Positions 11,965 to 24,618 of a stretch of DNA of 64,000 bases are shown here, piece after piece (the stretch's first letter is position 1; each line of letters opens with the position of its first letter). This DNA is from Squalus acanthias (lineage: Eukaryota), in NCBI GenBank assembly GCA_030390025.1, contig CM059431.1, forward strand, positions 134,046,001 to 134,110,000, read 5' to 3'. The notes beneath the pieces were generated by a model. The model made no database searches and had not been told where the DNA came from. It worked only from the letters and a program-made list of their open reading frames with translations. The position numbers were made by a program, and so were the translations under genes.

Positions 11965-12520
11965 ATAGAATCATAGAATCATAAAATACTACAGCACAGA
12001 AGGAGGCCATTCAGCCCATCGAGTCTGTGCCGGCTCTTTCAAAGAGCAATCCAGTTAGTCCCACTCCCGCTCTTTCCCCATTCCCTGCTATTTTTTCTCC
12101 TTCAAATATTTATCCAATTCCCTTTTGAAGGCTACTATTGAATCTGTATCCACCACCCTATCAGGAAGTGCATTCCAAATCCTAACCACTCATTGTGTAA
12201 AAACGTTTTTCCTCATGTTGCCTCTAGTTCTTTGCCAATTACCTTAAATCTGTGCCCTCTCATTATCGACCCTTCAGCCATTGGAAACAATTTCTCTTTA
12301 CTTACTCCGTCTAAATCCATCATGATGTTAAACACCTCTATCAAATCTCCTCTTAGCTTTGTCTGCTCCAAGGGGAACAACCCCAGCTGCTCTAGTCTAC
12401 CCATGTAACTGTGTTCCCTCATCCCTGGAACTATTCTAGTAAATCTCTTCTGTACCTTCTCGAAAGCCTTCACGTCCTTCCTAAAGTGTGGTGCCCAGAA
12501 TTGGACACAATACTCTAGCA
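11965..12520 (-). mobile_element. CR1 LINE 3' fragment
   Basis: LEYCVQFWAPHFRKD...RGHRFK and the (TATGATTC)n tail in reverse. Confidence 0.9.
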
Positions 12521-13613
12521 TTGTTTCTATAACTGCCACCTGAGTGCTTTCTACCTGATACAGATGTTAATATTATTTTGATCAAAGTGATTCAACAAGG
12601 AAAGATCTGACCAATGCTAGGCTTTGATAACTGATAATGAATTCATAGAGAGAAGTGCATCAGTTATTTACAATAGTGATAGCTTCAGAAGATCAAAACC
12701 TTGAAAATAATACAATTAAATCATATAACTTCTGAAAACAAAACAACCACAACTGCAAGTGCAGAAAAACCAATTAAAGGGAAAAATATACATATAGAAG
12801 AGTTGTAATTACTAGCTAGTAATAGGAGAAAAATATTCAGGTTCAGACCCACAGGCTTTACATACAAAGTAGCATGAAAAATACCTTACATTATCATCAC
12901 CCTTCCAAGATCATAATGTATGGTGCAAAACTCATCACCGACATAATGTACTTGCCAGATGATGCAGTATTTATTTGCATGTAGAGATTAACTAAATGTG
13001 GAAGAATAAGTGACGTAGGCAGAATGGGAATAATGACCTCGGGAGAAGCTGGATGCCTAAGTTCTTCAGTGGTCCAAACCCTTGCGAGTTGTTGGTGCCA
13101 CTGGTTTACCTTTGACCCTGAGCTCATCTTGTAGCAGAGTCTCATCTGGAGGGTGGCCTCGAGCACTACAAGTGAGCCTGTCTTGTCCATGTGGAAAAAC
13201 CCAGGCATTTAATCAGGATGCCATGTTTTGGTTTAAAGAAATGTACCACGGGTGTTGCTCATGAGCACAGGGCTCAAGAGCACTTAATACACTTACAGCA
13301 TCTTCTCCCATTACAGAGGCAAAGAAAAAGCTGAAAACCAGAACTTTCGGCAACAAAAAAGTTATCAAGCAGACAACAATCTACATTGTTCCAATAGGCA
13401 TATTAATTTAACATTAACCCAGAGGAGGCAATTCAATTCAGCCTGGGAAGGGATAAGGTGTTGTTTCAGTGTTACAATATCACCAACATCAGAAGTATCT
13501 TGTACCCAACACAGAAATAAGTCCTAGGTTCAACTCAGAGATTGGACAAACTTCCCAGATCATTATTGCATATATGTAGCAGTATATGTAAGATTAAGCT
13601 AAAGGGATCTAAC

Positions 13614-13754
13614 CTCTTCCTTCTGGCGAGTTATGATTTGATGCTGATCGTGTAGTCTTTGACTTAGTTCTTTAATTTTTTTCTTGTAGTAGCAGGAGCT
13701 TGCCTTCTGATTTTTTGTAATTGATGACATCAAACTTTCAATTTCAAGCTGGAG
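13614..13754 (-). CDS. Internal exon of unidentified host gene, coiled-coil-like
   Basis: tttctttgtgccttttag acceptor, GAG|gttag donor, 141 bp, phase 0-0, open: LQLEIESLMSSITKNQKASSCYYKKKIKELSQRLHDQHQIITRQKEE. Confidence 0.8.
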
Positions 13755-14075
13755 CTAAAAGGCACAAAGAAATAAAATTGACGAAGAATTCTTTTAAGAA
13801 ATGCTTTAACTTGTTTGAATAGTATAAATGATTTATCAATCATTATTCAGTTTTTAAGAAAAAATGCAAGGTTAAGTATGCTTTTCCATATTAATTCTAA
13901 TCTGCCTTATACAAATTATAGAAAATTATGAAATCAATTCAACAATATTCATTTTTGTCCAGTTATTAAGGGTATATTTTGAAATATCCAAAAAATTCTA
14001 TGAGCTAGCTATTTGGAGAAAGGATAACACAATTTTTCAGGTCCTACAACCTTTAACCTTGCTCGGAACACTAAA

Positions 14076-14595
14076 GGGTTGATTTTAACTTTTCCCGCCT
14101 CATGGAAACCGGGCGGGCAATTAAAATGCCCACAGCGATTTACCCCTTATGATCCCACTGCCTTCCCTGTGGGTTGTAATTTTAACCTGCTCTTTTGAGC
14201 AGGCAAGAGGGACACCCACATGAAGCCAGCAGAGTCCTTCTTTAAATATGCAAATAAGGCTCATCTGCAATTTTTAAACCGAGGCCTGCACAGGGAAGCT
14301 GTCATGGTTGGCAGGCCATGCTGGTGGCAAGAGAAGCTGAGGCCAGAATTATTTTTTTGCTTTCCTTGGACCTCCCCTGGGTTTCCCTCCCCTCCAACCG
14401 CCAACCCAAGCACTTACCCGAGTGCCGGGGATAATTTCTTCAGGTCTCTGGCGGCAGCCTCCTGCCACCTGAAATACCACTCCCAGCCACTGCCCAGCTA
14501 ATGCTTCCCACCAGGTTCAGATGCAAGACTAATGCAAATGAGGCCCAGGAGTTTAAATCCGCACGATTCCCACCAGCAAGTTAAAATTGGGGCTT
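14076..14595. mobile_element. Old MITE-like element
   Basis: GC-rich island bounded by degenerate inverted termini GGGTTGATTTTAACT / AGTTAAAATTGGGG. A similar end occurs near 39895-39910. Confidence 0.5.
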
Positions 14596-14846
14596 AAAAG
14601 TTAACCAGAGGCTCAATTGTTAGCTGATGTGTATGTGAGAACCATATGAATTAGAAAATCCACACCAGAGAGTCATACAGGAGGGGAACTAGCTTCTGGA
14701 ATGATTCTTCTGTAACTCTATTACAAATCGTATATAAAATATATATATTCTCTTGCATTTGGACTAATGTTGTTAAAGATTCCAAATAAGGAATTGTCAA
14801 GGCACCATCTTCAATAAGCCTATTTGCACAAGCTTATATAAGTATT

Positions 14847-15608
14847 GGGCCAGAAATTCGGGTCTCCACGGGCGAGTACGCGCTGGGTACTCACCCGTAG
14901 ACCCAATGAAAGTGCCGGTTTTGCGCGTGCACTGCGCATGCGCTGGAAACCGGAACTTCCGTTCCCCTGAAGGAACGGGTTCAGAGGTCGAACGCGTGCG
15001 CCGGAGAGGCAGCGCGCACGCAGCGAACTTCGGTTTTTTTTTTCCGGTTTCTCCGTGAGGGTAAGTACGGAGAAGCTGCGCGGGAAAAAAGGAGGCGCAA
15101 GGCCTGCTTTTAACAAGGTAAGTGGTGAATTAAATACAATTTAAACATTTTTTCAACAGGTTTATCTTTTTTACATACTTTAAAGAAAGGTAAGTTTATT
15201 TTTAGCACCGTTAAAAAGTGTAATTAATTTTTTCAAAAATTTAAATTTTTGTTTAAAGTAGTTAATTTATGTAATTTATAGTTATTTTGAAAATGTGATA
15301 TTTTGTTATTTATTTGAAGTTTTAGTGAGGTTTTGGGACCGATCTCTATTCATAGATTTGACAGGTCTTCCTGTCAAATCTATGAATGGAGATTCCCTGC
15401 TCCGATTGGCTCTCCATGGCCCACGTGATCCCAGGGGACACTTCGAACTAACTGCGCCCCTGGGATACGCAAGCACTGCGCGCCGGCAGCTGCAGGAGGC
15501 CCAGGAGCCGAATTCCACGCGGGCCCGAAGCACAACGGCAGGCGCGGTATGCAAGTACGCGCGCGATTCTTGCACCCGCGGGAAGCCGGAGAGCCGAATT
15601 TCTGGCCC
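14847..15608. mobile_element. Young Harbinger-type MITE
   Basis: Perfect 15-bp TIR GGGCCAGAAATTCGG, 3-bp TSD ATT, CpG-rich. Confidence 0.9.
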
Positions 15609-15825
15609 ATTATATTTATAAATTAAAATCACTGGGTGGATCACAACATTCCATTTCAAAAGGCATAGAAACCCCATACATCAACCTTCCCTGTGGGATT
15701 TTCTTTCATTTTATAAGCATCCACATTTACCTGCAATACCAGTTATAATTTTAGATGGCACTTTGATGGGAGTTTACAATGTTAAATTTCCTTTATTGAT
15801 TCCAAAACAATAGATGGAGGTGTGT

Positions 15826-16000
15826 ATAACATAGAACATAGCACAGTACAGGCCCTTCGGCCCTCGATGTTGTGCCGAGCATTGTCCGAGACCAAGATCA
15901 AGCTATCACACTCCCTATCACTCTGGTGTGCTCCATGTGCTTATCCAATAACCGCTTGAAAGTTCCTAAAGTGTCCGACTCCACTATCACAGCAGGCAGT
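15826..16000 (-). mobile_element. Short CR1-type 3' tail fragment
   Basis: AACATAGAACATAG tail repeat and CAGGCCCTTCGGCCC stem-loop typical of CR1 3' UTRs in this window. Confidence 0.65.
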
Positions 16001-16149
16001 ATAGAACATAAGCATGCATTTTCACACTAAAACCACCTGATGGCTTTGCAGCAATTATGCCATCGCTGATTCCGCAATGACTTAATTTTAAGGATGATTT
16101 GTAAGTCTTTTCTGAGTTTTAATAATTAATGTTGAAATGATGCGCTGCT

Positions 16150-17018
16150 CATAGAATCATAGAGAGTTACAGCACGGAAGGAGGCCATTTTGGCCCATCG
16201 TGTCCGCGCCAGCCAACAAAGAGCTATCCCGCCTAATCCCACTTCCCAGCTCTTGATCCGTAGCCCTGAAGGTTAGAGCATCCCAAGTGCACATCCAAGT
16301 ACTTTTTAAATGTGGTTAGGGTTCCTGCCTCTACCACCCTTTCAGGCAGCGAGTTCCAGACCCCCACAACCCTCTGGGTGAAGACATTTCCGCTCAAATC
16401 TCCTCTAAACCTTCCATCATTTATTTTTATTTTTGTGCCCCCTGGTTTTTGACCCCTCTGCTAAGGGAAATAGGTCCTTTCTATTCACTTTATTTAGACC
16501 CCTCATAATTTTATACACCTCAATAAGGTCTCCCCTCAGCCTCCTCTGTTCCAAGGAAAACAGACCCAGCCTATCCAGTCTTTCCTCATAGCTAAGATTC
16601 TCTACTCCTGGCAACATCCTTGTAAATCTCCTCTGTACCCTCTCTAGTGCAATCACATCTTTCTTGTAATGCGGTGACCAGAACTGCACGCAGTACTCTA
16701 GCGCAGGCCTAACTAGTGTTTTATACAGTTGAAGCATAACCCCCCCTGCTCTTGTATTCTATGCCATGGCTAATAAAGGCAAGCATTCCGTATGCCTTCT
16801 TAACCACCTTATCTACCTGGCCTGCTACCTTCAGGGATCTGTGGACATGCACTCCAAGGTCCCTTTGTTCCTCTACACTACTCGGTGTCCTACCATTTAA
16901 TGTGTATTCCCTTTCCTTGTTAGCCCTCCCCAAATGCATTACCTCACACTTCTCCGGATTGAATTCCATTTGTCACTGTTCTGCCCACCTGACCAATTTA
17001 TTGATATCTTCCTGCAGT
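16150..17018 (-). mobile_element. CR1 LINE 3' fragment (family C)
   Basis: MEFNPEKCEVMHLG...LEYCVQFWSPHY; closely similar to 47798-48615. Confidence 0.92.
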
Positions 17019-18853
17019 GTACAGCAGGAAGATATCAATACTCATGTAACTGTAATAAATTACAAATTACAAGGGACATGGAAGATCCAGTTGGCGTGGT
17101 CCATGTTGGAACCAATGACATAAGTAAGAACAGGGAGGAGGTCCTGCTAAAGGAGCATCAGAAGAGCGGTGTGGGAAGGAGGGGTTCCACTCATGGGACA
17201 CTAGCTTCAGTACTGGGACAGGAAGGAGCTGTACCGCTGGGACTGGCTGCACCTGAACCAGAATCGTAGCGGAAAGGATAAATAAGGCTGTGGATAATGC
17301 TTTAAACCAATAAGATGGGGGAGGGATCTGGTAGAAATAACAGCAGCCTAAAGATAAAAGAAACAGGAGGTGAGAGTAAAGATCAAACCAAGGTAAGGAA
17401 TAAAGATAACATAAACAATTAGCGAACAAATACAGTTATAGAACATAATTATAAAAAGACTATTAAAAATAAAGTGAGAGGAACGACTAATAAAAGCCTA
17501 TACAGCAATGTACACAGCTTCCAAAGTAAAATAGGGGAACCAGAAACAATAATTTGTAGCGAAGGACCAGATATCGTAGGGAAAACTGAAAAATGGCTAC
17601 ACAGGGAGCAGGAATGGCAATTAAATATTGCAGGTTATAACATATTTAGAAACAAATATGATGTCTTAGCGATAACGGAGACTTGGCTCAAAAAAGGGCA
17701 GGATTGGGTACTAAATATTCCTGGATATAAGGTATTCTGGAAAGATAGGAAATGAAAGAAAGGAGGTGGGGTGGCAGTATTGATTAAGGAAAATATTACT
17801 GTGCTGGAGAGAGAGGATGTCCTGGAGGGGTCAAGGACAGAATCTATTTGGTTAGAGTTAAGAAACAATAGAGGTGCCATTACACTACTAGATGTATTCT
17901 ATAGGCCACCAACTAGTGGGAAGGATATGGAGGAGCAAATTTGCAGGGAAATTACAGAGAGGTGCAAGAACTATAGAGTAGTGATAATGGGGGACTTCAA
18001 TTATCCTAATATAGACTGGGATAGTAATAGTGTAAAGGGCAGAGAGGGGGAAGAATTTCTGAAGTGTGTTCTAGGGAACTTTCTTGATCAGTATGTTTCA
18101 AGGAAGGAGGCATGCTGGCTCTGGTTCTGGGGAATGAGGTGGGTCAAGTGGAGCAAGTGTCAGTAGGGGAACATTTAGGGAACAGTGATCACAGTATCAT
18201 AAGGTTTAGAATAGCTATGGAAAAGGATAGGGAGCAAACTAGAGTAAAAATACTTAATTGGAGGAAGGCCAATTTCAGTGGGTTGAGAATGGATCTGGCC
18301 CGGGTAAATTGGAATCAAAGATTGGCAGGCAAAACTGTAATCGAACAATGAGCTGCCTTTAAAGAGGAGATGGTACGGGTACATGTCGAGGTACATTCCC
18401 ATGACGGGGAAAGGTAGGGCAACCAAAGCCAGAGCTCCCTGGATGACGAAAGAGAGAGAGAGAGTAAGATGAAGCAGAAAAAGTGGGTGTATGACAGATG
18501 TCAGGTTGAGAATATAAGTGAGAACCAGGCTGAATATTGAAAGTTCAGAGGGGAAGTGAAAAAGAAAATAAGATGGGCAAAGAGAGAGTATGAGAATAGA
18601 TTGGCAGCTAACATAAAAGGGAATCCAAAAGTCTTCTGTAGGCATATAAATAGTAAACGGGTAGTAAGAGGAGGGGTGGGGCCGATTAGAGACCAAAAAG
18701 GAGACCTTCGCAAGGAGGCAGAGGGCATGGCTGAGATACTAAATTAGTAATTTGCATCTGTCTTTACCAAGGAAGAAGATGCTACCAAAGTCATAGTGAA
18801 AGAGGAGGTAGTTGAGATACTGAATTGGATAAAAATTGATAAAGAGGAGGTAC

Positions 18854-19708
18854 ATATATATAGATACATAGAAGATAGGAGCAGGAGTAGGCCATCCGGC
18901 CCTTCGAGCCTGCTCCGCCATTTAATGAGATCATGGCTGATCCTCCAATTCAGTATCCCGTCCCCGCCTTCTCTCCGTAACCCTTAACCCCTTTTGCCTG
19001 TAGAAATATATCTAATTCCCTCTTAAATATATTTAATGAGCTGGCGTACACTGCCCTCTGTGGCAATGAGTTCCACAGGTTCACCACCCTCTGAGTGAAG
19101 AAATTCCCCTCATTTCTGTCCTAAATGGTTTAGCCCTTATCCTTAAATTATGTCCTCTAGTTCTGTTCTCACCCGCCAAGGGAAACATTCCTTCTGCATC
19201 TAGTCTGTCTAGACCTGTCAGAATTTTATACACTTCTATGAGGTCCCCTCTCAATCTTCTAAACTCCAGTGTGTACATCCCTAAACTACATAGTCTCTCC
19301 TCATAGGTCAATCCCGCCATTCCTGGTATCAGCCTGGTGAATCGCCGCTGCACCCCCTCCATGGCAAGAACATCTTTCCTCAGATGAGGCGACCAAAACT
19401 GTACACAGTACTCGAGGTGTGGTCTCACCAGTGCCCTGTACAGCTGCAGCAAGGTATCCCTGTTCCTGTATTCCAACCCTTTTGCTATGAAGGCCAGCAT
19501 ACCGTTTGCCTTCTTGACCGCCTGTTGCACCTGCATGCTCGCCTTCAGTGACTGGTGTACAAGAACACCCAGGTCTCTCTGTACTTCCCCCTCTCCCAAT
19601 TTATTGCCATTTAAATAATAATTTGCCCTCCCGTTCCTGCACCCAAGGTGGATAACTTCGCACTTGTCCACATTATAGTGCATCTGCCATTTATCCGCCC
19701 AATCACCC
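18854..19708 (-). mobile_element. 5'-truncated CR1 (family F)
   Basis: RT C-terminus in ORF 19081-19683. TSD AGGTAC at 18848-18853 and 19709-19714. Confidence 0.92.
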
Positions 19709-20742
19709 AGGTACTAGAAAGGCTGGCTGTACTTAAAGTAGTTAAGTCACCAGGACCGGATGGGATGCATCCTAGAATGTTGAGGGAAGTAAAGGTGGAA
19801 ATTGCGGAGGTACGGGCCATAATCTTCAAATCCTCCTTAGATACAGGGGTGGTGCCAGAGGACTGGGGAATTGCAAATGTTACACCCTTGTTCAAAAAAG
19901 GATGCAAGGATAAACCCAGCAACAAAAGGCCAGTCAGTTTAATCTCAGTAGTAGGGAAGCTTTTAGAAACGATAATATGGAACAAAATTAACAGTCACTT
20001 GGACAAGTGTGGATTAATTAAGGAAAGACAGCACGGATTTGTTAAAGGCAAATCATGTTTGACTAACTTGTTGAGTTTTTTAATGAGGTAACAGAGAGGA
20101 TTGATGAGGGCAATGTGGTTGATGTGGTGTACATGGACTTCCAAAAGGCATTTGATAAAGTGTCACATAATAGGCTTTCCAGCAAAGTTGAAGCCCATGG
20201 AATAAAAGGGACAATGGCTGCATGGATATGAAATTGGCTAAGTGACAGGAAACAGAGAGTAGTAGTGAATGGTTGTTTTTTGGATTGGAGGAAGGTACAC
20301 AGTGGTGTTCCCCGAGGGTCAGTACTAGGACCACTGCTTTTCTTGATATATATTAATGACTTGGACTTGGGTATACAGGGCACAATTACAAAATTTGCAC
20401 ATGTCACAAATCTTGGAAGTGTAGTGAACAGTGAGGAAGATAGTGATAGACTTCAAGAGGACAAAGACAGGCTGGTGGAATGGGCGGACATGTGGCAGGT
20501 GAAATTTAACGCAGAAAAGTGTGAAGTAATATTTTTTGGTAGGAAGAACGAGGAGAGGCAACTAAAGGGTACAATTCTAAAGGAGGTGCATGAACAGAGA
20601 GACCTGGGGGCATATGTGCACAAATTGTTGAAGGTGGCTGGGCAGGTTGAGGAAGCGGTTAAAATAGCATACGGGATCCTGGGCTTCATAAATAGAGAAG
20701 TCGCACAACACCAGGTTATAGTCCAACAGATTTATTTAAAAT

Positions 20743-20778
20743 TACAAGCTTTCGGAGCTGTACCCCCTTCCTCAGGTA
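20743..20778 (-). ncRNA. Minimal type I hammerhead ribozyme motif (left pLTR copy)
   Basis: Minus strand UAC-CUGAGGA-A-GGGGG-UACA-GCUCC-GAAA-GCUU-GUA. Confidence 0.65.
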
Positions 20779-21173
20779 GAGTAGCTGTGAGAGAATCTCC
20801 CAGAATTCACAATATAAACACAGAAAAAATGTATTCAAATCTTTCCCTACATCAAAGACACACTAAGAGCACAGCCAAGACAATGAGATGTGTCCCAGGG
20901 GGTCCAACGTATCAAAACACCTGCTGGCTGCATATCCTCTGCAGTTGAGTTTGGTTCTTGTGTTGCTTTTTTTTTAAAAACTGGAAAGACCGGCCATGAT
21001 GTCAAGTCACGTTCTGTATCGTGACATGAACCCGATATCGCGATTGAGGCCATCCTCATGAGTGCGGAACTTGGCTATCAGTTTCTGCTCTATGATTTTG
21101 CGCTGTCGTTTATCCCGAAGGCCGCCTTGGAGACACCGCCAAACAGACGAGGCAACAGAACTACGCTGCCTAC

Positions 21174-23491
21174 ATGCGCATCAAGAACAGGAAGCTTGAG
21201 AAACTCGGCGTAACCACCAGCTGCAACCAAGCCTCCCCCGGTACCACGGTTGCAACCACAGGGAAGTCCATCGTCAACCTGTCGGACCACACCCTTCAAC
21301 CAGACGAAATCGAAGTTCTCGCCCTAGGGCTCAAGTTCTGCCCCACCACCAAAATGGACCCCATCGGTCTCGCGGCGGACACAGAGGAATTCATCAGGAG
21401 AATGAGGATCCGGGAATACTACCACAAATCCCAAGATGTCAGCAACATTCCTAATGAGACAATCAATGATCCGGAACAGCAGACAGAGGGAACCGCAGTG
21501 CTACAACCGAGGAAGAAAGAGTCAAATTGGACCCCTCCGGAGGGTCGCTGCCCTAAGCTTGACATGTATGCTCAAGCTGTCAGGAAATGCATCAACGCCA
21601 GATTCATCAGCCGTACTCACAAGACAGTCCAGAATGTCACCCGAGCACAACGCAACGCCATCCACGCTCTCAAGACCAACCGCAACATCGTCATCAAACC
21701 AGCGGACAAAGGAGGAGCCATCGTCATACAGAACAGAATGGACTATTGCAAAGAAGCATACCGACAACTGGACAACCAGGAACACTACAGACAGCTACCC
21801 GCAGATCCGACCAAAGAACACACCCGCCAACTCAATAGACTGATCAAGACCTTCGATCCAGACCTTCAAAACATCCTACGCGCTCTCATCCCACGTACTC
21901 CCCGCGTAGGAGACTTTTACTGCCTCCCAAAGATACGCAAAGCCAACACACCCGGACGTCCTATCGTATCAGGCAACGGAACCCTGTGTGAGAACCTCTC
22001 TGGGTACGTCGAGGGCATCCTGAAACCCATCGTACAGGGAACCCCCAGCTTCTGTCACGACACTACAGACTTCTTGCAGAAACTCAGCACCCATGGACCA
22101 GTTGAACCAGGAACACTCCTCGTCACGATGGACGTATCAGCACTCTACACCAATATCCCCCACAATGACGGCATCGCTGCGACAGCCTCAGTACTCAACA
22201 CCAACAACAGCCAATCTCCGGACGCCATCCTACAACTCATCCGCTTCATCCTTGACCACAATGTCTTCACCTTCGACAACCATTTTTTTACCCAAACACA
22301 CGGAACAGCCATGGGGACCAAATTCGCACTCCAATACGCCAACATCTTCATGCACAAGTTCGAGCAAGACTTCTTCGCTGCACAGGACCTCCAACCAACG
22401 CTGTACACCAGATACATTGACGACATCTTCTTCCTTTGGACCCACGGCGAAGGATCACTGAAAGGACTACACGATAGCATCAACAGGTTCCATCCCACCA
22501 TCAAACTCACCATGGACTACTCCTCAGAATTGGTTTCATTCTTGGACACACGAATCTCCATCAAAGACGGACGCCTCAGCACTTCACTCTACCGCAAGCC
22601 CACGGACAACCTCACGATGCTCCACTTCTCCAGCTTCCACCCTAACCACGTTAAAGAAGCCATCCCCTATGGACAAGCCCTGCGAATACACAGGATCTGC
22701 TCAGACGAGGAGGAACGCGATGGACACCTACGGACGCTGAAAGACGCCCTCGTAAGAACGGGATATGACGCTCGACTCGTCGATCGACAGTTCCGACGGG
22801 CCACAGCGAAAAACCGCATAGACCTCCTCAGAAGACAAACACGGGACACAACCAACAGAGTACCCTACGTCGTCCAGTACTTCCCCGGAGCGGAAAAACT
22901 ACGCCATGTTCTTCGCAGCCTTCAACATGTCATCGATGACGACGAACACCTTGCTAAGGCCATCCCCACGCCTCCACTACTCGCCTTCAAGCAGCCGCCT
23001 AACCTCAAAAGTACCATCGTTCGCAGCAGATTACCCATCTTTCAGGAGAACAGCAACCACGACACCACACAACCCTGCCACGGCAACCTCTGCAAGACAT
23101 GCCAGATCATGGACACAGATACCATCATCACACGTGAGGACACTACCCACCAGGTACATACTCATGTGACTCGGCCAACGTTGTCTACCTGATACGTTGC
23201 AGTAAAGGATGCCCCAGAGCATGGTACATCGGCGAGACCATGCAGACACTGAGACAACGTATGAACGGACACCGCGCAACAATCGCCAGGCAGGAGGGTT
23301 GCCTCCCAGTCGGGGAACACTTCAGCAGTCAGGGGCATTCAGCCTCGGATCTGCGGGTAAGCGTTCTCCAAGGCGGCCTTCGGGATACACGACAGCGCAA
23401 AATCATAGAGCAGAAACTGATAGCCAAGTTCCGCACTCATGAGGATGGCCTCAATCGCAATATCGGGTTCATGTCACGATACAGAACGTGA
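21174..23491 (+). pseudogene. Penelope RT + GIY-YIG endonuclease, 5'-truncated, one frameshift near 23155
   Basis: IKPADKGG, YCLPKI.K...PGRPIVS, MDVSALYTNI, GTAMG, RYIDD, FLD, YRKPT; Cys linker PCHGNLCKTC; shifted frame reads NVVYLIRC..C...YIGET...RMNGHR. Confidence 0.95.
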
Positions 23492-23720
23492 CTTGACATC
23501 ATGGCCGGTCTTTCCAGCTTTTTAAAAAAAAACTAACACAAGAACCAAACTCAACTGCAGAGGATATGCAGCCAGCAGGTGTTTTGACACGTTGGACCCC
23601 CTGGGACACATCTCATTGTCTTGGCTGTGCTCTTAGTGTGTCTTTGATGTAGGGAAAGATTTGAATACATTTTTTCTGTGTTTATATTGTGAATTCTGGG
23701 AGATTCTCTCACAGCTACTC

Positions 23721-23756
23721 TACCTGAGGAAGGGGCGACAGCTCCGAAAGCTTGTA
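23721..23756 (+). ncRNA. Minimal type I hammerhead ribozyme motif (right pLTR copy)
   Basis: UAC-CUGAGGA-A-GGGGC-GACA-GCUCC-GAAA-GCUU-GUA: both core boxes, 5-bp stem II, palindromic AAGCUU stem III, UAC/GUA stem I. Confidence 0.75.
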
Positions 23757-23926
23757 ATTTTAAATAAATCTGTTGGACTATAACCTGGTGTTGTGCGACT
23801 TCTCATTTTTGTCCACCCCAGTCCAACGCCGGCAACTCCACTTCATAAATAGAAGCATAGAGTACAAAAGCAAGGAAGTTATGATGAACCTTTATAAAAC
23901 ACTGGTCCGACCTCAACTGAAGTATA

Positions 23927-24618
23927 GGGCTGGATTTTGATACTGGGGCGGGCTGGGGTCGTGTCATCCACTTTTCGTGTTATCCACCCGACTGCAATTG
24001 GATGTGGGAGATTGATGCGATTTTCACCTAATTGGGCAATTGAGTTCCAGCATGTGGGAACCCATGACCCAATTAGTGTTTTCAGTCTAAAAGTCGCCTC
24101 TGATGATGTCATCATTGCTGCTGCCTTGAAGGTCTGCAAAGACTGCCTGGCCTTTGCTGTGAGAGGACCTGGAGGCAAAATGAGCAACAGTAGCCCTAAG
24201 TCTGCTCCCAGATATTTTTGTACCACCACCACCACTCCCAGATATTATTATTATTTCTTCTCCTTCTCCTCCTCCTCATCATCTCTCCGTTGTAATAGTG
24301 AACCTGCAGCTGATAGTCAGCTATCGAAATGTGCTCCCGCCAGGTTTCACATTCGTGGTTCAGAACAGGCGTGCTTCACGTAGAAAAAGGGTTAAAATCA
24401 CAAAGGCCTTTCAAAATGGCTTTATAGAGGCAATTTAGTGCTTGTTAAGGGCCTTAACAGCCTATCCCACCTCTTAGAGGCGGGACGGAGTCGGGACCAG
24501 CAGACACTATTTAATGAAAATTGCGTGGAGGCGGGCTTGTGCCCACCCGCCAGTTTTTGCAATTTAACCCCCCACACGCCTCCAAACCCACCTCCATGGG
24601 TCAATTAAAATTCTGCCC
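23927..24618. mobile_element. Harbinger-type MITE inserted in CR1
   Basis: Termini GGGCTGGATTTT / AAAATTCTGCCC. The CR1 sequence AAGTAT..TGTGTCC rejoins across it. Confidence 0.8.

Larger units (their letters stand above)
20697..23840 (+). mobile_element. Penelope-like element (Neptune-type) with inverted pLTRs
   Basis: 20695-21133 is the reverse complement of 23365-23804. TSD CTTCATAAATAGA at 20684-20696 and 23841-23853. RT plus GIY-YIG ORF. Confidence 0.96.

Noticed and set aside
12897..13331. Possible further host exons (ORF 12897-13208; 34-nt AG..GTAAGT segment near 13297-13330)
   Set aside because: No consistent open frame links them to the 13614 exon with confidence, and the peptides are unconvincing.
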